From a virus: a DNA stretch of 21,315 nucleotides. Shown in pieces: positions 1 to 6,557 of this stretch (the first letter of the stretch is position 1; each line of letters starts with the position of its first letter). The position numbers and the translations under genes are program-made. The DNA is taken from the IMG/VR virus record IMGVR_UViG_3300010347_002943, one strand, 5' to 3'. Below the pieces are notes generated by a model. That model was not told where the DNA came from, did not search any database, and was given only the letters and a program-made list of their open reading frames with translations.

Positions 1-327
1 ACCGATATCAGCGGGGCAACTATCACGGAATGGGCTAACTTTTCTGCCTCCTCGACCCCAGTGACCACTGCCAAGGCCTTCGCCACGGTCACAATGATCA
101 ATGCCACGACCAGCGGCACCACACGGACTGTCAAGATTGGGACAAGCGACAAGCTGGGGCTCAATACCAAGCTCTCCACAAATACTGTGATCATGGTGGC
201 CCTTGATAATGTCCGGGAGACCACCGCCCCGACAGTGACTGTATCCTCAACGGTGCTGGCACAGAACACGATCGACACGAGTACCGCACCGGGCGGCAAA
301 GTGACCAAAGTCTGGTTCATTGTCTGA
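1..327 (+). CDS. 5'-truncated virion-associated protein (Thr-rich, beta-rich; possibly head decoration)
   Basis: Frame 1 is open from base 1 (TDISGATITEWANF...VTKVWFIV*), so the track start at 61 is internal. It lies upstream of the head-tail genes. Function is inferred from position only. Confidence 0.6.
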   Translation, partial: TDISGATITEWANFSASSTPVTTAKAFATVTMINATTSGTTRTVKIGTSDKLGLNTKLSTNTVIMVALDNVRETTAPTVTVSSTVLAQNTIDTSTAPGGKVTKVWFIV

Positions 328-336
328 GGTCAAATC

Positions 337-483
337 ATGCCGATTGTGCCTCTAAAGGGATCTATCAGGATCACCACGGGAATGGTCCTTAGGGCAATGT
401 ATCCAAAAGTCCCAATGTGGCAGAAGGCGCTGATTAGGCTCTATCTGCTATGTGAAAGAATTCAGGGGGTTAAGTTATGGTAG
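337..483 (+). CDS. 48-aa hypothetical microprotein (MPIVPLKGSIRITTGMVLRAMYPKVPMWQKALIRLYLLCERIQGVKLW)
   Basis: Read by hand; it is below the ORF-track cutoff. SD-like GAGGTCA lies 4 nt before ATG337, the ORF fills the intergenic gap exactly, and its TAG (481-483) overlaps the start of the next gene (ATGGTAG). Confidence 0.6.
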   Translation: MPIVPLKGSIRITTGMVLRAMYPKVPMWQKALIRLYLLCERIQGVKLW

Positions 484-905
484 CATCTGGCTTCACAACT
501 CTATGGATGAACACGATTCTCGGACTGATATTCGGTGCGGCGGGCTCTCCATACACCGCTCCGTCGAATCTCTACATAGGCCTGGCCACTGCGGTTGCTG
601 CCGATGGCACCGTGACCGGCGAGCCATCCGGCAACAATTATGCCCGCGTCACGGTCGGGAACAGCAGCACCAATTGGAACACCGCGTCCGGCGGGGTGGT
701 GGACAACAAGACCGCCATCACTTTTCCGCAAGCATCGGGTTCTTGGGGCACGCTGGATACCTTCTTCATCGCCAACCATCTCACGAACGGCGGATCAGCG
801 GTCATCGCCTATGGCACTCTGTCTGAGGAGAAGACCATAGGAACTAATGATACGCCTAGCTTCGCCGCCGGAGCGCTCGACATCAGCCTGACGGCGACTA
901 CATGA
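477..905 (+). CDS. Conserved phage virion/fibre-associated protein (mycobacteriophage Gp80-like family), 142 aa
   Basis: Motifs LYIGL...EPSGNNYARV...N..AITFPQASGSWGT...F...G..L..EKTI..NDTPSFAAGALDI match this widespread family as I recall it. SD-like GGGGTTA; ATGA overlap with the next gene. Confidence 0.75.
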   Translation: MVASGFTTLWMNTILGLIFGAAGSPYTAPSNLYIGLATAVAADGTVTGEPSGNNYARVTVGNSSTNWNTASGGVVDNKTAITFPQASGSWGTLDTFFIANHLTNGGSAVIAYGTLSEEKTIGTNDTPSFAAGALDISLTATT

Positions 906-1321
906 TCAGGCAGATATCGGCTCCCTCCTGGAGGGCCCTTGTTGCAAGCAAGGGCTCTCAACAGGAGCAAGACGCCTTTCTTAGAGATGTCAACGCCTAT
1001 CGGGAAGATTGGGCTTCCCGGAAGCAGGCGCTGACGAACGCATATAAGGGCAACCTGCAAGATCCAGCGTACTTGGCCGCAAAAGCCGCCCTTCAGGCGG
1101 AAGCTGAGAGTCGGCTTCTGGCTTATGGTTTCTACGAGGAAACCACGCCGGAGCAGGACGAGGCAGAGGAAGAGGACAATCTGTCAGATATAATCGGGTC
1201 GATGCCGCCGGCCCGAATCCTGAAAATAGTTACCAGGATAACAAATTATTTCAGATCTAAACAAGTGCCTCCCAAGAAAGCCTTAACAATTGATCAGGTC
1301 CGCGCAAGACTGTTGGCATAG
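902..1321 (+). CDS. Hypothetical helical protein, 139 aa
   Basis: ATGA overlap with the upstream stop, fills the operon gap, acidic linker EQDEAEEED. No recognised family. Confidence 0.75.
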   Translation: MIRQISAPSWRALVASKGSQQEQDAFLRDVNAYREDWASRKQALTNAYKGNLQDPAYLAAKAALQAEAESRLLAYGFYEETTPEQDEAEEEDNLSDIIGSMPPARILKIVTRITNYFRSKQVPPKKALTIDQVRARLLA

Positions 1322-1328
1322 TGGTAGC

Positions 1329-2333
1329 ATGGCTGAAGAATATGTACCGGTAGATCCTATTAACATCACTCCAGCTTCTTCAAAGTCGTGGCTGGATGTT
1401 GACCTGGACACATATATCGCCAGCCTGCCACCTAACGTAACCGGGGTTGCCATTCGGGTATTGAATGCCAGCTCGGGCGGCTGTCCGGCGGGAGTTCGAA
1501 AAGATGGGTCGACCGATGCCCGCACAACAAATGTGACATCCGGCCAGATGTGCTTTTTCTGTGGTGTGTCCTCATCGAAAATATTCGAAATTTATAGCGG
1601 TTCCACGACCTATATAACCGCTTACATAGTCGGATATTTTAAGGATGTTACATTCCTTACGAATGCAACTGATGTAAGCTCCGCAAAAGCGGGCGTATGG
1701 AACGACCTTGACTCCGGGTATAACAATGCAATTGGGCTGATATTGGAGACCAATATAACAAGTTTGAAAAGCTTTGAATTCGGTTTCCGAAAAAATGGAT
1801 CAACTGATAATAGAACCAATGTGGGTGTACGGCGCTGCGGATGTTTCATAATCGGCGCGGATGCGGGCGTGTCGGAGCAGTATATCAGCGGTACCGATCA
1901 AGACACGTACCTCGTGGGGTACATCACCGAAAACGCGACGTTCTATACAAATGCTACCGATATATCCCTTGGCTCCACCGGATCTTACGCGGATTTATCA
2001 GTTGGATCGGCATCGGCGAAAGCCAATCTCATAGAGGTAGTAGCGTCATCGACATATGATTTCGGCCTTCGCAGAAATGGGGCATCAGACGATCTTTACG
2101 AGGGGGCTGCCAGGCACGCCTGCATCCTTGTCGGTGCAGACTCAAGTGGTGTCAGTGAGGGAAAGATCGCCGACACAGTCGTAGATTTCTTCCTTCTTGG
2201 GTACTTCCTGGCGGCTGCAGGCGCCGTAGCACTCGCGGGCCAGATTGCTACAAAATCGGGTCTGGCTGCCGGCACTTCGGTATTGAGGTCGCTGGGCGTC
2301 TTGGGTACTTCCTGGCGGCTGCAGGCGCCGTAG
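1329..2333 (+). CDS. N-terminal fragment (334 aa) of a frameshifted fibre-like protein: three tandem ~95-100-aa beta domains
   Basis: ATG1329 follows the upstream stop (track start 1290 overlaps it). Three internal repeats share G.R..G..D and L.GY motifs. The frame ends shortly after entering the second copy of the 104-bp duplication. Confidence 0.75.
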   Translation: MAEEYVPVDPINITPASSKSWLDVDLDTYIASLPPNVTGVAIRVLNASSGGCPAGVRKDGSTDARTTNVTSGQMCFFCGVSSSKIFEIYSGSTTYITAYIVGYFKDVTFLTNATDVSSAKAGVWNDLDSGYNNAIGLILETNITSLKSFEFGFRKNGSTDNRTNVGVRRCGCFIIGADAGVSEQYISGTDQDTYLVGYITENATFYTNATDISLGSTGSYADLSVGSASAKANLIEVVASSTYDFGLRRNGASDDLYEGAARHACILVGADSSGVSEGKIADTVVDFFLLGYFLAAAGAVALAGQIATKSGLAAGTSVLRSLGVLGTSWRLQAP

Positions 2334-2402
2334 CACTCGCGGGCCAGATTGCTACAAAATCGGGTCTGGCTGCCGGCACTTCGGTATTGAGGTCGCTGGG
2401 CG
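2195..2402 (+). repeat. Exact 104-bp tandem duplication (2195-2298 and 2299-2402)
   Basis: Both copies read tcttgggtacttcc...gaggtcgctgggcg and are identical base for base. 104 is not a multiple of 3. Confidence 0.97.
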
Positions 2403-3409
2403 GGGCCATAATCACCAAATCCGGCCTCCCCGGAGTTGCCAGGGTTTCGAAGGCCATGGCAGGTCTCATCAGCACCAAGACCGGCCTGGCGGGAGCGCTG
2501 GGCAAGTCGATACACGTAAGCGGCGCAATTACGACCATTTCGGGCTTGCAGGGCGGCCTGACCATCAGCCGAATTATAGCCATGGTCGGCCAGATAATCA
2601 CAAGGGCCGGTCTTGCTGGAAGCACCTCGGTGCTAAAAGCCTTATCCGGCTTGATTAGCACTAAAACCGGTCTCTCCGGTATTCTGACGGTCATTGGCCT
2701 TGGAATAGTGAATCTGGCCGGTGCAATCTCAACACGGGCGGGACTCGCTGGTGGTACCTCTGTACAGAGACGCCTGTTGGGGCAAATTGCAACTAGATCA
2801 AGCCTGGCAGGCGCATCCTCCGTATCTCGATCTTTGTCAGGCCTCATCATAACCAATATCGTTTTGGTAGGGGCGGGTCAAGTAGCAAGGGGGCTGGTGG
2901 CGGGTCAAGTAGCAAGGGGGCTGGTCGGTCAGATCGTAACGATATCGACTATCTTGGGAAATTCCAGGGCCTCCAAGGCGCTATCAGGCCTAATCAGTAC
3001 AAAGACTGCCCTAGGCGGGACCCTGACAATCTCTTTCGAGCACATCATAGCTCTTGCAGGCCTGATCAGCACAAAAAGCGGCCTGTCGTCTGGCCTATCA
3101 GTTTTAAGGTCCCTGTTGGGGCAAGTAAGTACATCATCTGGCCTGACAGGTACTCCATCACTGTCCCTGGCGTTGGCTGGCCGGATAGTGACTTCTACAG
3201 TTGCGGATTGCCGTGCATCGGTATCAATCGCTTTGGCGGGCGCCATCTCAACAGCGGCGTCGCTCGTGGGACAGATCAAAGATCTATCCCAACGTGTTAA
3301 ACATGCCACGCGTCTCGATTCAATAACAAAGCGATATGCGCGGATCAGGTCGGAAGCCAGCGGACATGTTAGAATAGATTCTATCTTAAAGCGGTTCGGG
3401 AGGTTTTGA
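2387..3409 (+). CDS. C-terminal fragment of the same fibre-like protein: ~15 copies of a 20-aa Gly/Ser/Thr-rich repeat plus a basic tail
   Basis: Removing one 104-bp copy joins 1329..3409 into a single 1977-nt ORF (658 aa) reading ...TSVLRSLGGAIITKSG.... The TTG at 2387 is probably not a true start. Confidence 0.7.
   Translation: MRSLGGAIITKSGLPGVARVSKAMAGLISTKTGLAGALGKSIHVSGAITTISGLQGGLTISRIIAMVGQIITRAGLAGSTSVLKALSGLISTKTGLSGILTVIGLGIVNLAGAISTRAGLAGGTSVQRRLLGQIATRSSLAGASSVSRSLSGLIITNIVLVGAGQVARGLVAGQVARGLVGQIVTISTILGNSRASKALSGLISTKTALGGTLTISFEHIIALAGLISTKSGLSSGLSVLRSLLGQVSTSSGLTGTPSLSLALAGRIVTSTVADCRASVSIALAGAISTAASLVGQIKDLSQRVKHATRLDSITKRYARIRSEASGHVRIDSILKRFGRF
2872..2925 (+). repeat. Exact 27-bp in-frame tandem duplication (AGQVARGLV x2)
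   Basis: ggcgggtcaagtagcaagggggctggt at 2872-2898 and 2899-2925. Confidence 0.95.
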
Positions 3410-3745
3410 ATGGACGTTTTCTTTGAGGGTAATTCCGAAATTTTGGTGATGAATACAGATTTTGAGTCGCTGGATTCGGCGACACTCATCGAAATTCTGG
3501 TCACGAAACCCTCTGGAGCCGTAGCAGCGTGGCCCGCGGAGCAAGTCGATCCGACTGAAGAAATTTGGGCCGAACTTGGGGTAACCGTGTCCGACCGTGA
3601 TATCACCTATACGACGGACGGTGATGACTTGGATGAACTGGGCACGTACAAGATTCAGGCCCATGTGGAATGGGATGCAGGGGCAAAAGAGTTGCATGGC
3701 CGAATACAGAAGTTTAGGGTCGTTGCTCATCTGCCTGAGCCGTGA
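3410..3745 (+). CDS. BppU N-terminal-like Ig-fold virion protein, 111 aa
   Basis: Pattern ..KPSG....W.A......ITYTT..DDLDELGTYKIQAHVEW.....HG....F.V is typical of stand-alone BppU-like domains. SD GGAGG; starts directly after the upstream stop. Confidence 0.6.
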   Translation: MDVFFEGNSEILVMNTDFESLDSATLIEILVTKPSGAVAAWPAEQVDPTEEIWAELGVTVSDRDITYTTDGDDLDELGTYKIQAHVEWDAGAKELHGRIQKFRVVAHLPEP

Positions 3746-3754
3746 GGAGAACGC

Positions 3755-4225
3755 ATGAACAGCTACGTAACCGACGCAGAGGCCGAAGCCTACTTCGACG
3801 GAGACCCAAGGGCAGACACTTTCCTGGAGGATGAGAACTTTTCCTGGTACCTGGCCAGGGCGACCAAAATAATAGACAGTCTGCCGCTCAAGGGCACAAA
3901 ATACCTACGAGACGGCACACAGGCCCTCCAATTCCCGCGGGAAGACGACGACGGTCATTACGACGCCGACGAGGCAACCGGGTCGGCTGAGGTACCTATG
4001 GCCGTCAAGGAAGCCTGTTGTGAGGAGGCCCTAGCCATCTTCTTACAGGGCACAACCGGCGGGAGGCGAGAATTGCAGGAGGCTGGGGTCCAAAGCTATA
4101 GCATTGGTGGAAAGTTGCAAGAGACTTTCGCTCCGGGCGCGGCTACCAGAACAAAGGGCCTCAGGAGCCCGTACGCGTATCGTTTGCTCTCACACTACAT
4201 CGCTCGGGCGGTGCCGATCATATGA
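3755..4225 (+). CDS. Head-tail adaptor/connector (DnaT-like domain, SPP1 gp15-type position), 156 aa
   Basis: N-terminal NSYVT..EA.AYF, then L..AT..ID, QALQFPR, VP.AVK.A.CE.AL and V.S.SIG: the characteristic adaptor signature. Confidence 0.85.
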   Translation: MNSYVTDAEAEAYFDGDPRADTFLEDENFSWYLARATKIIDSLPLKGTKYLRDGTQALQFPREDDDGHYDADEATGSAEVPMAVKEACCEEALAIFLQGTTGGRRELQEAGVQSYSIGGKLQETFAPGAATRTKGLRSPYAYRLLSHYIARAVPII

Positions 4226-4542
4226 GCCTACTCGATGCTTATCTACCCGCTCTTGGGGAGACAGTGGTCTGGAGGAAAAAGGGCGCGGTCAACGAGTACA
4301 ATGAGCCAACATACACAGAATCTTCTATCACTGTCATTTGGTATGATGATGTCAGAATGATCAGAAATGCCAGTGGTGAAGAACTACAACAGCTAGCTTA
4401 CATTCAGACCACATCGGCAATCCAACCGGGCGATATAATCATAAGGAACGGCTACGCGTGGCCTATCATCGGCATCCTGAAGACACCCCATCCTGATGGT
4501 GAGCAGTTCAGGATCGGAAACCTGGGAGAGATGATGATATGA
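4222..4542 (+). CDS. Head-closure protein (SPP1 gp16-like), 106 aa
   Basis: Follows the adaptor with an ATGA overlap. N.YNEPTY motif, beta-rich, I.PGD.I...G..W.I motif. Confidence 0.75.
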   Translation: MSLLDAYLPALGETVVWRKKGAVNEYNEPTYTESSITVIWYDDVRMIRNASGEELQQLAYIQTTSAIQPGDIIIRNGYAWPIIGILKTPHPDGEQFRIGNLGEMMI

Positions 4543-4859
4543 GAGTAGACTGGAAAGGAGCAGCCGTAGCAGCCATGGTGCAACAGGCCGCTATTGAAGT
4601 CGCCCGGATGACTGCCGAAGTCGTCAAAGGTGAATCGGTGAACCTCGCGCCGTTGAACGAGTCCACTCTGCGAAATTCGGCAACGGTCAACGACATCCCA
4701 ACTGGTGCAGAGATCAGCTACAATACACCATATGCCCTGGTCATGCACGAAAGCCAGAACTATACCCCCTCCCATCCGGGTACCGGGCCAAACTACCTCC
4801 GTGGCCCTCTCCAGAAGGCTGAAAAGCAATATCTGGAAGACTTACAAAAGTTATTCTGA
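4539..4859 (+). CDS. HK97 gp10-like neck/tail-completion protein, 106 aa
   Basis: AP.....LRNS...YNTPYA..MHE...GTG.NYL motif; ATGA overlap; canonical position. Confidence 0.85.
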   Translation: MRVDWKGAAVAAMVQQAAIEVARMTAEVVKGESVNLAPLNESTLRNSATVNDIPTGAEISYNTPYALVMHESQNYTPSHPGTGPNYLRGPLQKAEKQYLEDLQKLF

Positions 4860-4919
4860 TTTCTGTGATTCTATGAAATATGAAAAAATTGATCCCGTGA
4901 GGGTCTGGTGGCTGATCTG

Positions 4920-5345
4920 ATGGCCAAACTGACCACGATCTGCCCGGTATGTGAGAACGACATATCGATAGCAAGCCGGGATATCAAGCTCGCGGTGATG
5001 CAAAAAGACAAGACCGCTGGCAAAACAATAATCGGCTGCCCGGCGTGCGCGAGGGTGCTGGTGATATCGGATGCACCGGAGAAGGATATCAGTCAGTGGG
5101 TGGAGAAAGTGTCTGCTGATGAGGACTGGCTGGGGTGTGTCCCTCTGCTGAATCCTGACCAGGTGAAAATCCCGGCTGGCACAACCGGAGACCTCGCTTT
5201 CATCCGGTACAAGCCCGGCGGCGGGGGCGAGCCCCTCCCAAGGCGCGAGTACATGGTCCGCTATGGGATCGACCCAAAGATCCATGTCGAGCTGAACCCC
5301 GGACTCGGGGGAGGCACGTTTGTAATCACAGATTCTAGGAGATGA
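4920..5345 (+). CDS. Zn-ribbon protein (CPVC-x28-CPAC), 141 aa
   Basis: Two CxxC motifs. ATG4920 has SD-like GGCTGA 4 nt upstream; GTG4908 is an alternative start. Confidence 0.75.
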   Translation: MAKLTTICPVCENDISIASRDIKLAVMQKDKTAGKTIIGCPACARVLVISDAPEKDISQWVEKVSADEDWLGCVPLLNPDQVKIPAGTTGDLAFIRYKPGGGGEPLPRREYMVRYGIDPKIHVELNPGLGGGTFVITDSRR

Positions 5346-5349
5346 TAAC

Positions 5350-5589
5350 ATAAGAGTACTTATTGCATTAGTCGTGGCCCTCATGGCCATCGGCATGGCT
5401 TCCGCCTGGCCCCTCTCGGATGGGGTTGTCAAGCTCTCGGAGATTTCTTTCGAAGAGCTGAAAGGCATGGAGAACAGCATAGATGCATCCGGCATCCCGT
5501 CTGGGTTGGCCGAGTTCCTGGCTGACCACGGGGAGGGGATTCCCGGAAACATCACCAAGAAAGCACCGTTACGGTGTGGAGGAATGTGA
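5350..5589 (+). CDS. Small secreted or membrane-anchored protein with signal peptide (79 aa from ATA5350; 71 aa from GTG5374)
   Basis: The frame reads (I/M)RVLIALVVALMAIGMASA-WPLSDG, a complete signal peptide ending in A-S-A. SD GGAGATGA lies 4 nt before ATA5350. The start codon is uncertain. Confidence 0.6.
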   Translation: MRVLIALVVALMAIGMASAWPLSDGVVKLSEISFEELKGMENSIDASGIPSGLAEFLADHGEGIPGNITKKAPLRCGGM

Positions 5590-5590
5590 A

Positions 5591-5803
5591 ATGGCAGACG
5601 AAGATTTCAAGTTCCCGTGGGAGTCAAAGATTGAACTGGCCGCATTCATAGGCGTCTTATCCAGCCTGGCCGTATCTTTTGGCTACGTCGGACTGACTGC
5701 AGAACAGATCACAGGCATTACGTCAGTGCTATTCGTCCTCATCATGATACTGAGGAAATATAGCCATACCTGTATTGTCTGGGCGAAGGACCAGATGGAT
5801 TGA
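5591..5803 (+). CDS. Two-TM holin-like membrane protein, 70 aa
   Basis: SD GGAGG before ATG5591 (track start 5483 overlaps the upstream gene). Two hydrophobic helices (LAAFIGVLSSLAVSFGYV; ITGITSVLFVLIMIL), PW.SK N-terminus and a basic LRK after TM2. Confidence 0.6.
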   Translation: MADEDFKFPWESKIELAAFIGVLSSLAVSFGYVGLTAEQITGITSVLFVLIMILRKYSHTCIVWAKDQMD

Positions 5804-6063
5804 GCTGCATGGAGGCCGAATTCATCTCATTTTTGACAAACCAGGGGCTTGCGATAGGTATCGCGGCATTCCTGGTCTACTGGGTCACAACCCAAATGGG
5901 GACTCAGCTCAAATCGGCCTGTGAAAATCAGACACGGTTATGTGAAAATCAGCTTCGTATGGCGCAGGCAATGGACGCCATGATATCGAGGCTAGAGAGC
6001 CATGATGCGCAGGCCAAGAACATTCTGGAGAAGGTAGACATCATTGAGAAGAGGCTGCAATGA
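5800..6063 (+). CDS. Single-TM plus coiled-coil protein (BhlA/YvrJ-like holin-type), 84-87 aa
   Basis: EFISFLTNQGLAIGIAAFLVYWV transmembrane segment followed by heptad repeats. TTGA overlap at 5800, or ATG5809. Confidence 0.6.
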   Translation: MSCMEAEFISFLTNQGLAIGIAAFLVYWVTTQMGTQLKSACENQTRLCENQLRMAQAMDAMISRLESHDAQAKNILEKVDIIEKRLQ

Positions 6064-6452
6064 GCTTCCTGGAGGACATCGCACTGCAACTCCATGGCGC
6101 GGGCGTCGGCGTCTATCAGGGCACCTCCTCCACCAGGACGGTCTACATAGCAGAAATGCCGGACACCCCGGACGCTCTGATCTGCCTCTATGCCCGGCCT
6201 GGCAGGCCAAAAGAGCTCTACTGTGACATTCAATATCCTGACCTCCATGTTGAAGTCCGGGCGGCCACCTATAGCGCAGCTCAGACGAAGGCGGAGGCAG
6301 TCGACGCCGCGCTCCATGGCTTGCACGATACCGCCCTAAGCGGACACCAGTATCTCACCATCCAGGCGCTTGGAGTTCCTGCCTTCCTGGAGAAAGACGC
6401 GAGGGGCCGGACAATATTCTACCAGAATTTCGAGATAGTTAAAGGCGCTTAA
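6060..6452 (+). CDS. Tail terminator (Minor_capsid_3-like), 130 aa
   Basis: MPDTPD..I.LY..PG...YP.L.V.VRA..Y..A...A..V...LHG and D..GR..F..NF motifs; located immediately before the tail tube gene. Confidence 0.8.
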   Translation: MSFLEDIALQLHGAGVGVYQGTSSTRTVYIAEMPDTPDALICLYARPGRPKELYCDIQYPDLHVEVRAATYSAAQTKAEAVDAALHGLHDTALSGHQYLTIQALGVPAFLEKDARGRTIFYQNFEIVKGA

Positions 6453-6557
6453 TTTTATTGCCTTTTATTGCCATCATAATTTTTCTAATAATAGGTTTAG
6501 CACATTATTATAAACCCTAATTTGGGGCCAAACATCTATACTTCGAGGTATGAAAAG
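6453..6557 (+). promoter_or_regulatory. AT-rich intergenic region: possible T-rich terminator plus TATA-like promoter for the tail tube gene
   Basis: Longest gap on the + strand operon. ttttattgcc x2 (6453-6472), T-tracts, TTATAAA near 6508-6514, SD GAGGT before ATG6558. Confidence 0.4.

Noticed and set aside
2248-3606. Long minus-strand ORFs (2248-2856, 2929-3606)
   Set aside because: Antisense shadows of the repeat-rich + strand genes; no SD and no protein-like features of their own.
4851-5558. 235-aa minus-strand ORF
   Set aside because: Overlaps two well-supported + strand genes; no motif or expression signal.
5569-5589. Ubiquitin/SAMP-like C-terminal LRCGG(M)
   Set aside because: The GG codons are the GGAGGA SD of the next gene, and the protein has no beta-grasp features.
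5920-5952. tgtgaaaatcag repeated at 21-nt spacing
   Set aside because: A single heptad duplication in a coiled coil (CENQ x2); only two copies, not a CRISPR or regulatory array.
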